Shown: positions 1 through 7,645, counted from the stretch's first letter. The stretch: DNA of 64,000 nucleotides from Vicinamibacterales bacterium (GCA_036381155.1 DASVDJ010000074.1:10111-74110); one strand, 5' to 3'. Notes: generated by a model from the sequence alone, not told the origin. Made by a program: numbers and translations.

Positions 1-54
1 GTCAGGGTCAGATCGCGCGTCGTCATCGTTCCGGGAGGTCCAGAGCCGCGATCA

Positions 55-960
55 TCATGCACCAGTCGTCTCGTGCGCGGCCAGCCCGCGCTGCCGGCCG
101 TCGAGGAGACCGAGCCGCTGCGAGAGGAACCAGGCGGCGAACGCGGAGAGCACGAAGCCGACGCCCACGGCAATCACGACGATGCCGATCGATTCGAGGG
201 GCGACCCGATCGCCTCGATCGTCTGTCGCTTGCCGACCACCAGCAGCGCGACGCCACCGAGCGCGGCGACGATGCCGGCCTGGATCGACCAGAGCATGCG
301 GGAGTAGGGCGCGCCGATGGCGCGCGCGGGCTCGCCGGCGTCGACCGGGATCGGCGCCAGCTCGAGGAACCGGCGGCCGGCCGGCGTCTGGATGTAGGCG
401 AGCAGGTCCTCGTTCGAGGCGAGGCGATCCATCAGCTTGGTGTGGACCTCGAACTGGACCTTGGACAGGCGCAGCCAGCGCCGGTAGTCCACGAACAGCT
501 TGATGAGCCAGGCGATCGCGCCGACGAAGGTCGCGACGATGGCGAAGACCTGCAGGGCTTCGAACGCACGGGTCCAGGCGTGGACCATCTCGAGCTCCGG
601 CGAGCGGTTCCAGTGGCCGGAGTCCGGTGTGCCGAAGAAGAAGGCAGGGTTGCGCGCCACCTCGGGGTGGCGGGCCACGAAGGCGGCCAGCGCCGGGTAG
701 GTCGCGAGGTACTGGTCGCTCGAGAGCAGCGACGGGTCGTTCCGCAGCACCTCACGCAGCGAGGGCGGATACTGCCGCATGACCTGCTCCAGTCGCTCGC
801 GCGTCTCGTTGGCGTCGATGGACTCGGGAAGCGGAACGGGGGCCGCCGACGGCTGGTTGATGGGGGCCGTTGCCGGCTGCTGGCGGGCGTCGAGCGGCGC
901 CGAGAGCAGGAACGGAAGCGCGGCGAGCACGCCGAAGTGTCTGAAGAAGGCTGTCCGCAT
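55..960 (-). CDS. hypothetical exported/membrane protein
   Basis: 301-aa ORF with a signal-like N-terminus (MRTAFFRHFGVLAALPFLLSAPLDA) and three hydrophobic helices in the C-terminal half. GGAGA lies 6 nt upstream of the ATG. No family recognised. Confidence 0.6.
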   Translation of the reverse strand: MRTAFFRHFGVLAALPFLLSAPLDARQQPATAPINQPSAAPVPLPESIDANETRERLEQVMRQYPPSLREVLRNDPSLLSSDQYLATYPALAAFVARHPEVARNPAFFFGTPDSGHWNRSPELEMVHAWTRAFEALQVFAIVATFVGAIAWLIKLFVDYRRWLRLSKVQFEVHTKLMDRLASNEDLLAYIQTPAGRRFLELAPIPVDAGEPARAIGAPYSRMLWSIQAGIVAALGGVALLVVGKRQTIEAIGSPLESIGIVVIAVGVGFVLSAFAAWFLSQRLGLLDGRQRGLAAHETTGA

Positions 961-1063
961 CGAGGGTCTCCGGGTGAACGAGGTCTCTCCGGCTACTACG
1001 CGGCAGGGAGCCGGAGGTGAGCAGCCCGGACCCGATGAGCTCGTTCACCCGGGCGGCCCTGAG

Positions 1064-1069
1064 TACACT
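1064..1069 (+). promoter_or_regulatory. -10-like box TACACT, 7 nt upstream of the FKBP ATG (leaderless-type promoter candidate)
   Basis: The sequence reads TACACT-gatcgcc-ATG with no Shine-Dalgarno between box and start. It belongs to the recurrent TAnnnT-N6-9-start pattern seen across the window. Confidence 0.4.
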
Positions 1070-1076
1070 GATCGCC

Positions 1077-1520
1077 ATGCGTCGCTCATCCGTTTCCTTC
1101 GCGTTGTGCTGTGTTTTCCTCCTGGCCGCCGCCTGCGGCAGCGACGACAACGGGTCGCCGACCCAGCCGTCGCCGCCCGTCGTCCAGTTCAGCTCCACCG
1201 ATCTCAGGGTTGGCACCGGCGCCGAGGCCGTCAACGGCTCGCGGCTGACCGTGAACTACACCGGCTGGCTGTACAGCGTCTCCGGACCTGACAACAAGGG
1301 GCAGCAGATCGACACGTCCGCCGGGCGCGGGCCGTACTCGTTCACGCTCGGCGCCAACCAGGTGATCCGGGGATGGGATGCCGGCCTCGTGGGCATGCGG
1401 GTCGGCGGGCTGCGCCGTCTCGTCATCCCGCCGGAGCTCGCGTACGGCGCGGCGGGCAACGGACCGGTTCCTCCGAACTGGCCGCTGGTCTTCGACGTCG
1501 AGTTGGTGGCGGTCGAGTAG
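1077..1520 (+). CDS. FKBP-type peptidyl-prolyl cis-trans isomerase, lipoprotein
   Basis: FKBP motifs are present (VNYTGWL, VIRGWDAGLVGMRVGGLRRLVIPPELAYG). I moved the start from the ORF-track GTG 1017 to ATG 1077, which gives a lipobox signal peptide (MRRSSVSFALCCVFLLAAAC). Confidence 0.85.
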   Translation: MRRSSVSFALCCVFLLAAACGSDDNGSPTQPSPPVVQFSSTDLRVGTGAEAVNGSRLTVNYTGWLYSVSGPDNKGQQIDTSAGRGPYSFTLGANQVIRGWDAGLVGMRVGGLRRLVIPPELAYGAAGNGPVPPNWPLVFDVELVAVE

Positions 1521-1556
1521 GGGGCAGGGGCCAGGGGCCAGGGGCAGGGGCCAGGT
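1521..1556. repeat. G-tract tandem repeat (GGGGCA/GGGGCCA x5), G-quadruplex-capable
   Basis: GGGGCAGGGGCCAGGGGCCAGGGGCAGGGGCCAGG begins 1 nt after the FKBP stop codon. It has five G4 runs separated by 2-3-nt loops. Confidence 0.8.
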
Positions 1557-1576
1557 CTCGCAGGGCCGATCCGTAG

Positions 1577-1596
1577 GGCCGAACTTCAGTTCGGCC
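1577..1596. repeat. REP-like palindrome GGCCGAAC-TTCA-GTTCGGCC
   Basis: Perfect 8-bp stem with a 4-nt loop. The same element recurs at 2581, 2630 and 14120. It is preceded by GGGCCG-containing units (1562-1576). Confidence 0.8.
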
Positions 1597-1602
1597 GTGC
1601 AA

Positions 1603-1635
1603 CGGGAAGCGGGAAACGGCAGGCGGGAAGGGCGC
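1603..1635. repeat. GGGAAGCGGGAAAC...CGGGAAGGGCGC element, copy 1
   Basis: CGGGAAGCGGGAAACGGCAGGCGGGAAGGGCGC is about 90 percent identical to 17303-17336. It contains four GGG runs. Confidence 0.7.
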
Positions 1636-1702
1636 GACCGCTCGATGGACGGCGGCTCGCGGTCGCACAACGCCGCTCGGCGCATCGCGACTCGCGGCGA
1701 GA

Positions 1703-1708
1703 TACAAT
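1703..1708 (+). promoter_or_regulatory. -10-like box TACAAT (within GATACAAT) upstream of the GH16 gene
   Basis: GATACAAT lies 26 nt upstream of GTG 1735. The same octamer type is found at 2692-2699 and 63829-63836. Confidence 0.3.
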
Positions 1709-1734
1709 CTCGCGCGACCGTGGCAGGTTCCCCT

Positions 1735-2604
1735 GTGAAACGAGCCCTTCGATTCGGATTCGCGGCGCTGGCGCTGCTCGCGCTGGGGCTGCTCGCGCTG
1801 GGCCCGTCCGTCGGCGCCCAGCCGCCTGCCTCACGCGAGGGCTGGACTCTCGTGTGGAGCGACGAGTTCGACGCGCCCGACGGCTCCCGTCCTGATCCGG
1901 AGAAATGGGTGTACGACCTCGGCGGAGGCGGCTGGGGCAACGAGGAGCTCCAGACGTACACCGATCGCGCGGAGAACGCGGCGATTCACGGCGGACATCT
2001 CGTGATCACCGCGCGCGCGGAGCGCTTCACGGGCGGCGACGGCATCACGCGCGAGTACACGTCCGCCCGGCTGAAGACGCTGGGCCGTTTCGCGCAGGCG
2101 TACGGCCGCTTCGAGGCGCGCATGCAGGTGCCGCGCGGGCAGGGCATCTGGCCCGCCTTCTGGATGCTCGGCGCCGATTTCGCCACGGCCGGCTGGCCGG
2201 CGTGCGGCGAGATCGACATCATGGAGCACATCGGAAAGGAGCCGGCCAACGTCTACGGCACGATCCACGGGCCGGGCTACGCCGGCGCGGACGGCCCGAG
2301 CAGTCACGTGGCGCTGAGCGGCCCCGTCGCCGACGACTTCCACGTCTTCGCCATCGAGTGGGAGCCCGAGGTGATCCGCTGGTACGTGGACGACCGGCTG
2401 TACGCGACGAAGACACCGGCCGACCTGCCGGCGGGAACCCGCTGGGTGTTCGACCACGACTTCTTCATGCTGCTGAACCTGGCGGTCGGCGGCCGCTGGC
2501 CGGGCTACCCGGATGAGACGACGACCTTTCCGCAGGCGTTGAAGGTCGACTACGTCCGCGTGTACAAGCGATCGCCGGAGGGCCGAACTTCAGTTCGGCC
2601 ATGA
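1735..2604 (+). CDS. glycoside hydrolase family 16 (beta-glucanase/laminarinase-like), secreted
   Basis: The EIDIME catalytic motif (ExDxxE) and WPAFWMLG are present, with a signal peptide from GTG 1735 (VKRALRFGFAALALLALGLLALG). The upstream part of the 408-aa track ORF is Arg-rich read-through of repeats. Confidence 0.85.
   Translation: MKRALRFGFAALALLALGLLALGPSVGAQPPASREGWTLVWSDEFDAPDGSRPDPEKWVYDLGGGGWGNEELQTYTDRAENAAIHGGHLVITARAERFTGGDGITREYTSARLKTLGRFAQAYGRFEARMQVPRGQGIWPAFWMLGADFATAGWPACGEIDIMEHIGKEPANVYGTIHGPGYAGADGPSSHVALSGPVADDFHVFAIEWEPEVIRWYVDDRLYATKTPADLPAGTRWVFDHDFFMLLNLAVGGRWPGYPDETTTFPQALKVDYVRVYKRSPEGRTSVRP
2581..2600. repeat. REP-like palindrome GGCCGAAC-TTCA-GTTCGGCC (overlaps the GH16 3' end)
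   Basis: Identical to 1577-1596. It encodes most of the last GH16 codons (..GRTSVRP), and the TGA (2602-2604) lies just 3' of it. Confidence 0.8.
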
Positions 2605-2629
2605 AGCGGCGGCTGACAGCAGTCCGCAG

Positions 2630-2649
2630 GGCCGAACTTCGGTTCGGCC
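2630..2649. repeat. REP-like palindrome GGCCGAAC-TTCG-GTTCGGCC
   Basis: Second copy, 30 nt after the first. The stem is the same and the loop is TTCG. Confidence 0.8.
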
Positions 2650-2693
2650 ATGCAGCCGGCAGGCCCACGAACCCCGCACGACCCGGGCACGTA

Positions 2694-2699
2694 TACAAT
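2694..2699 (+). promoter_or_regulatory. -10-like box TACAAT upstream of the SPFH gene
   Basis: GTATACAAT is followed by a GGGAGGG Shine-Dalgarno (2711-2717) and ATG 2725. Confidence 0.3.
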
Positions 2700-2724
2700 C
2701 TGAGCAACCGGGAGGGCCTTCAGG

Positions 2725-3834
2725 ATGGGTGTATTCGACTTCCTCAGGGGCGAGCTGCTCGAAATCATCGAGTGGACCGACGACTCACGCGACACGCTGT
2801 CGTTCCGCTTTCCCGACGAGGACAAGGCGATCAAGAACGGCGCGCAGCTGATCGTGCGCGAGTCGCAGGTCGTGCAGTTCGTCTACCTCGGCGAGTTCGG
2901 CGACACGTTCGGGCCCGGCAAGCACACGCTGACGACCGACAACATCCCGATCCTGACCCGGCTGCAGTCGTGGAAGTACGGCTTCAACTCGCCGTTCAAG
3001 GCGGACGTCTACTTCCTCAACACGCGGCTGTTCACCGGCAACAAGTGGGGCACGGCCAACCCGATCATGCTCCGCGACGACGACTTCGGGATCGTGCGGG
3101 CGCGCGCGTTCGGCACGTACGACTTCAAGATCGTCGACCCGAAGCTGTTCCTGAAGGAGGTCGCCGGCTCCGACCACAACTTCCGCCTCGACGAGTTCGC
3201 CGAGACGATGCGCTCGCGCGTCGTCAGCGTGTTCAGCGACGCGCTGGCGACCTCGCGGGTGCCGGTGCTCGATGTCGCCGCGCGCTATACCGAGCTCGGC
3301 GACGCGCTGCTGCCGCTCATCAACCCGGTCGTGTCGGCCAAGTACGGCATCCAGCTCGCCAGCTTCATCGTCGAGAACGTGTCGGTGCCGCCGGAAGTGG
3401 AGGCGGCCGTCGACAAGCGCGCCAGCATGGCGGCCATCGGGAACCTGAACGACTTCGTGAAGTACCAGATGGCGAAGGGCATGGAGGCGCCCGGCGGCGC
3501 GGGCGCCGCAGGGACCGCCTCGGAGCTGGCCGTCGGCTTCGCGATCGCGCAGCAGATCATGCAGCAGCAGGGGCTCGGCAACCTGCAGGCGCCGGGCGCC
3601 GCCGCGGGCGCGGCTGCTGCGGGCGCCGCAGGTGCGGGTGTGCCGGGCAACCCGGCGCCGCCGGCCGCGCTCGGCCTGCCGGAGCTGCTGTCGCCGGCCG
3701 ATGTCGCGACGGCGATCGGCGTGTCGGAAGCCGATGTGCTGGCGGTGATCGAGTCCGGCGAGCTGTCGGCGAAGAAGATCGGGTCGAGCTATCGCGTCAC
3801 GCGCGCGGCACTCGAGAAGTATCTGAACAACTGA
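2725..3834 (+). CDS. SPFH/band-7 protein of the YdjI (COG4260, virion-core-like) type with a C-terminal excisionase-type HTH
   Basis: The N-terminal ~250 aa resemble the YdjI-type SPFH family and have no TM helix. After an Ala/Gly/Pro linker, the C-terminus LSPADVATAIGVSEADVLAVIESGELSAKKIGSSYRVTRAALEKYL fits the HTH_17/excisionase pattern. Confidence 0.75.
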   Translation: MGVFDFLRGELLEIIEWTDDSRDTLSFRFPDEDKAIKNGAQLIVRESQVVQFVYLGEFGDTFGPGKHTLTTDNIPILTRLQSWKYGFNSPFKADVYFLNTRLFTGNKWGTANPIMLRDDDFGIVRARAFGTYDFKIVDPKLFLKEVAGSDHNFRLDEFAETMRSRVVSVFSDALATSRVPVLDVAARYTELGDALLPLINPVVSAKYGIQLASFIVENVSVPPEVEAAVDKRASMAAIGNLNDFVKYQMAKGMEAPGGAGAAGTASELAVGFAIAQQIMQQQGLGNLQAPGAAAGAAAAGAAGAGVPGNPAPPAALGLPELLSPADVATAIGVSEADVLAVIESGELSAKKIGSSYRVTRAALEKYLNN

Positions 3835-3923
3835 GATCCGGTCGGATCGGGTCGGAGCCGGTCCGATCGGGTCGGATCAGGTCCGATCAGGTCTGGTCGG
3901 GTCTGATCGGGTCGATCAGATCC
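3835..3923. repeat. 10-bp tandem array GGTCNGATCR x8-9 (eight GATC sites in 89 bp)
   Basis: The array starts directly after the SPFH stop codon. GATC sites are at 3835, 3845, 3865, 3875, 3885, 3905, 3914 and 3919, mostly in 10-bp phase. Confidence 0.85.
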
Positions 3924-3979
3924 CGCCTCCGCCGCGCGGTGCGAACCAGCGCGCGGCTCCGGAGGTTGCCGCCTCCTTG

Positions 3980-5092
3980 ATGGCATCCAACGACTTCTCC
4001 GCGCCGGTCGCCGCCCGCGAGACGTTCCCCTGTCCCGCGTGCGGCGCGCAGGCGGAGTGGCACCCCGGCAAGCAGAAGCTGATCTGCCCGTTCTGCGGCA
4101 CGGAGTCGCCGTATCAGGTGAACCCGGCGACCGGCGCGATCGAGGAGCTCGATCTCGTGCGCGCGCTGCGCGAGCTGCCGGACGAGGAGCGGGGCTGGCG
4201 GATCGAGCGGCGCAGCGTGCAGTGCCGCAGCTGCCGCGCGGTGATGGTGTTCGACCCGGCGCGCGTCGGGCAGAACTGCGAGTTCTGCGGCTCGCCGGCG
4301 CTCGTCGCGTACGACGAGATCAAGGCGCCAATCAGTCCGCAGAGCCTGCTGCCGTTCAAGGTGCCCGAAACGGCCGTGCGCGAGCAGATCCGCCGCTGGT
4401 ATGCGAGCAAGTGGCTCGCGCCGGGCGCGCTGAAGCGGCGGGCGCTCGTGGACACCGTCCGCGGCGTCTACATCCCGTACTGGACGTTCGACGCGCACGC
4501 CTCGTGCCCCTGGCGTGCCGAGGCGGGCCACTACTACTACACGACCGAGACGTATCGCGACCGCAACGGCCGCATGAGCACGCGCCAGGTGCGGCACGTC
4601 CGCTGGGAGCCGGCTTCGGGTCACGTCGAGCAGTTCTTCGACGACGAGCCCGTGCCGGGAACGCACGGGGTGCGGCACGACCTGCTGCGCCGGATCGAGC
4701 CGTTCCCGACCTCTGAGCTCGTCCCGTACGACGCGGCGATGCTGGCCGGGTTCGTCGTCGAGCACTACCAGGTCGTGCTCGTCGAGGCGGCCGAGCGGTC
4801 GCTGCAGCAGATGCGCGCGCGGCTCGAGCAGCTCTGCGCCTCGCAGGTGCCGGGCGACACGTTCCGCAACCTCCAGATCTTCCCGACCTTCTCGGGCCGG
4901 ACGTTCAAGCACATCCTCGTGCCCGTCTGGTTGCTGACATACAACTACGGCGCGAAGGCGTACCAGGTCGTCGTGAACGGCTATACGGGGAAGATGGACG
5001 GGACGTATCCGGTCAGCCCGTGGAAGGTGGCGGGGCTGATCCTGCTGGCGCTCATCGCGCTGCTGATCGTCCTCTATCTCGACGGCGGCTAA
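3980..5092 (+). CDS. double zinc-ribbon protein with a C-terminal TM anchor (YdjG/YdjH-like partner of the SPFH protein)
   Basis: Two Cys pairs are present (CPACG...CPFCG and CRSCR...CEFCG), with a single C-terminal helix (VAGLILLALIALLIVLYL). The gene lies immediately downstream of the SPFH gene. Confidence 0.7.
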   Translation: MASNDFSAPVAARETFPCPACGAQAEWHPGKQKLICPFCGTESPYQVNPATGAIEELDLVRALRELPDEERGWRIERRSVQCRSCRAVMVFDPARVGQNCEFCGSPALVAYDEIKAPISPQSLLPFKVPETAVREQIRRWYASKWLAPGALKRRALVDTVRGVYIPYWTFDAHASCPWRAEAGHYYYTTETYRDRNGRMSTRQVRHVRWEPASGHVEQFFDDEPVPGTHGVRHDLLRRIEPFPTSELVPYDAAMLAGFVVEHYQVVLVEAAERSLQQMRARLEQLCASQVPGDTFRNLQIFPTFSGRTFKHILVPVWLLTYNYGAKAYQVVVNGYTGKMDGTYPVSPWKVAGLILLALIALLIVLYLDGG

Positions 5093-5182
5093 ACGCAGAG
5101 GCCGCAGAGGCCGCAGAGGTCACAGAGAACACAGAGCATTGGTTATCTCTGTGACCTCTGCGCCCTCTGTGGCCTCAGTGGT
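5093..5182. repeat. inverted array of 9-mers NNCRCAGAG (5 forward, loop, 4 reverse); bidirectional terminator candidate
   Basis: ACGCAGAG GCCGCAGAG GCCGCAGAG GTCACAGAG AACACAGAG cattggttat CTCTGTGAC CTCTGCGCC CTCTGTGGC CTCAGTGGT. It lies between convergent genes. Confidence 0.8.
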
Positions 5183-5215
5183 TTGCAGGCGCAACGCCGT
5201 GATGCGCAGGCGCAG

Positions 5216-5596
5216 CTACGGGTTCGGAATCACCAGCTGCTGACCCACCTGGATCTTGTCGGGATCCTTCAGCGTGTCCTTGTTCGCATTGAAGATGTCC
5301 ATGTAGCGGTTCGCGCTGCCGAGGAACCGCTGCGAGATCTTCGAGAGCGTGTCGCCGGCCTTCACGGTGTACTGGCCGAACATGCTCTTGTCGGTGGCCT
5401 GGATGTCGGCGACGACCTCGTTCTCCCAGCCGGGGTGCTCCTTGATCTTGTCCCAGAGGAGATTGGCCTCGAGCTGGTACTGGGTCTTGCCCCACATCTT
5501 GATCTTGCCGTTCTCCTCCTTCCAGTTGCCGTCGCGAACGCCGAGCTCCTGGGCGAGTCCGAGCACGTCGCCGTACTTGTCAGCCAGAGTTGCCAT
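5216..5596 (-). CDS. LysM domain protein
   Basis: The C-terminus carries a LysM motif ([49 protein letters not shown]). An AAGGGAGG Shine-Dalgarno lies upstream. Confidence 0.8.
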   Translation of the reverse strand: MATLADKYGDVLGLAQELGVRDGNWKEENGKIKMWGKTQYQLEANLLWDKIKEHPGWENEVVADIQATDKSMFGQYTVKAGDTLSKISQRFLGSANRYMDIFNANKDTLKDPDKIQVGQQLVIPNP

Positions 5597-5656
5597 CGGT
5601 ACCTCCCTTTCCGGTCGAGGCCGATCCGACGCACCGGGCGTGTCGTCGAACCGCCG

Positions 5657-6595
5657 TCACGCGTTCGTGAGCTGCCAGCTGGGGAGCTGATCGAGTGCGT
5701 CGGGCGCGGTGAACCGGTCGGTGGCGAGCACGGACCAGAACCATGCGCCCGCGAAACCCGCCCCGCGTGCCGTGCGTACCAGGGTGGCGGGGTCGCGCGT
5801 CGAGCGGCCCGTCGGGAACTCGCCGAGGACGACGGGGCGATCGTAGCCGATCTCCGACAGCGATCGGGCCAGCGGCGCGACGCGCTCGAAGCGGTCATAC
5901 CAGTGCGGCTGATAGAAGTCCAGACCGAGGCCACGGACGAGGTTGATCGTGGCCAGGCTGGCCGACCCGACGGTGATCGGCTGCCGCGCGGCATCGCGCA
6001 CGAGCCGGGCCGTCTCGCCGAGAAATGCGCGCATCGCGGCACGCGGCACGCTCGCGACGGGGTTCCAGGTGCCGACGCCGAAGGTCGCCCACTCGGGCTC
6101 GTTGAAGAGGTCCCAGGCGGCAATCAGCGGCTCGTGTCCGTAGCGCCGGACGACCGGGGCGACCATCGTCTCCACGAGCCGCGCACGGAAGGCCGGCACA
6201 CGCAGCAGCCGGCTCCGCCCGCCCATCTCGACGCCCCGCAGCCGGCGTCGTGGCCGGCACAGGTGGAAGTCGAAGAGCACCGGCACGAGTCTCAGGCCGC
6301 TTCGTCCGACGAGCGTCAGCGCCGCGTCGATGTCGCGCTCCACCGTGTGGTCGAGCGCTTCGGGCACACCGTCATCGTCGAACCGCACGCCGGCGCGCAG
6401 GTCGCAGAAGAAGAACCAGCGGATCAGCTCGACGCCGCCGTCGCGGAGCCGGTCGAAGAGGGCAGGCAGATCCTCCCGGCTGTTGGCGGCGAGTCCTCCG
6501 GACGGGAACCACGCATTGGCGCCGATGTCGCAGCCGTAGCGCACCCAGGGAAGATTCGCGCCGATGGTGAAGGCCATGGTACCGGTGTCTGACAC
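5657..6595 (-). CDS. TIM-barrel glycoside hydrolase, cellulase-like (GH5-like)
   Basis: LFNEPEW (acid/base Glu region) and VVLGEFP (nucleophile region) are spaced as in clan GH-A enzymes. The start is ambiguous (GTG 6595 or ATG 6577). Confidence 0.55.
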   Translation of the reverse strand: MSDTGTMAFTIGANLPWVRYGCDIGANAWFPSGGLAANSREDLPALFDRLRDGGVELIRWFFFCDLRAGVRFDDDGVPEALDHTVERDIDAALTLVGRSGLRLVPVLFDFHLCRPRRRLRGVEMGGRSRLLRVPAFRARLVETMVAPVVRRYGHEPLIAAWDLFNEPEWATFGVGTWNPVASVPRAAMRAFLGETARLVRDAARQPITVGSASLATINLVRGLGLDFYQPHWYDRFERVAPLARSLSEIGYDRPVVLGEFPTGRSTRDPATLVRTARGAGFAGAWFWSVLATDRFTAPDALDQLPSWQLTNA

Positions 6596-6602
6596 CCGTA
6601 CG

Positions 6603-6698
6603 TCAGAGGCGGCCGCTTCGCAGGCGGCGGATCAGCAGGCCGGCCATCCACGCCACGACGATGAGGCCGATGACGAGGAGGACGAGGCGGAAGAGCAT
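6603..6698 (-). CDS. possible 31-aa single-TM peptide
   Basis: MLFRLVLLVIGLIVVAWMAGLLIRRLRSGRL. The ATG sits 6 nt after TACACT, and the stop is 7 nt before the GH5-like start. It is short, so support is weak. Confidence 0.3.
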   Translation of the reverse strand: MLFRLVLLVIGLIVVAWMAGLLIRRLRSGRL

Positions 6699-6704
6699 GG
6701 AGGC

Positions 6705-6710
6705 AGTGTA
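6705..6710 (-). promoter_or_regulatory. -10-like box TACACT, 6 nt upstream of ATG 6698 (leaderless-type)
   Basis: The minus strand reads TACACT-gcctcc-ATG. Confidence 0.3.
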
Positions 6711-6723
6711 CCGGAAGGCAGTC

Positions 6724-6732
6724 TGATACGCT
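6724..6732 (+). promoter_or_regulatory. extended -10 box TGATACGCT, 7 nt upstream of ATG 6740 (leaderless-type)
   Basis: The sequence reads CTGATACGCT-ctcaacc-ATG. The CTGATA prefix is shared with sites at 8778, 17508 and 63796. Confidence 0.45.
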
Positions 6733-6739
6733 CTCAACC

Positions 6740-7645
6740 ATGCAGATTCCGAGCATGGTCGCGGCGATGGTCGCCGCCATCCTCGTCGTTGCCGTCCAGT
6801 CCCAGCCCTCCGATCGGAAGCTGCTCGTCGCGCACCGGGGCGCGTCCGCCTATGCGCCCGAGCACACGCTGGCGAGCTATCGACTCGCACTCGAGCAGCG
6901 CGCGGACTTCGTGGAGCAGGACCTCGGGCTCACGCGCGACGGCGTGCTGGTCTGCCTGCACGACCCGACGCTCGAGCGCACGACGAACGTCGAGGAGGTA
7001 TTCCCGGAGAGGGCCCGTGAAGTCGACGGGCGCCGCCGCTGGTTCGTGGGCGACTTCACGCTCGAGGAGGTGCGCCGCCTCGACGCCGGCAGCTGGTTCG
7101 ACGCGAAGTTCGCCGGCGAGCGCGTGCCGACGTTCGCCGAGGCCATCGCGCTCGTCCGCGGCAAGGCCGGGCTGTTTCCGGAGCTGAAGGCGCCGTCGCT
7201 CTATCGCGACCGCGGCGTGGACATCTCGGTGCTGCTGGCCGCCGAGCTGAAGCGGCACGGGCTCGATCGCAAGGGGGCCGATCCGGCGACGCCGATCATC
7301 ATCCAGTCCTTCGACGTCGAGGCGCTGCAGTCCGCCGCCCGGGAGCTGCCGTCGATCGACCGCACGTTCCTGCTCGAGCCGCGTGACGTCGAGTGGACCT
7401 CGGATGAGGCGCTGAAGAAGATCGCCGCATTCGCGACCGGCATCGGCCCGTCGAAGACGCTCATCGACCGCGATCCGACGCTCGTGTCACGCGCGCACGC
7501 ACTCGGGTTGACCGTGATCCCCTACACGTTCCGCGCGTCGAACACCGGCCGGTTCGACACCGTGCGGGAGGAGATGGAGCACTTCCTGCGGGTGTTCGGG
7601 GTGGATGGGGTGTTTACGGACAACCCGGACTTGTTTCCAAGGTGA
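6740..7645 (+). CDS. glycerophosphodiester phosphodiesterase, exported
   Basis: GDPD motifs are present (HRGASAYAPEHTL, EQDLGLTRDGVLVCLHD), along with an N-terminal hydrophobic signal. Confidence 0.85.
   Translation: MQIPSMVAAMVAAILVVAVQSQPSDRKLLVAHRGASAYAPEHTLASYRLALEQRADFVEQDLGLTRDGVLVCLHDPTLERTTNVEEVFPERAREVDGRRRWFVGDFTLEEVRRLDAGSWFDAKFAGERVPTFAEAIALVRGKAGLFPELKAPSLYRDRGVDISVLLAAELKRHGLDRKGADPATPIIIQSFDVEALQSAARELPSIDRTFLLEPRDVEWTSDEALKKIAAFATGIGPSKTLIDRDPTLVSRAHALGLTVIPYTFRASNTGRFDTVREEMEHFLRVFGVDGVFTDNPDLFPR

Noticed and set aside
1-26. Possible start of a further minus-strand gene (ATG at 26, MTTRDLTL...) running off the left edge
   Set aside because: Only 8 codons are visible and there is no ribosome-binding site or -10 box. 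This cannot be supported.
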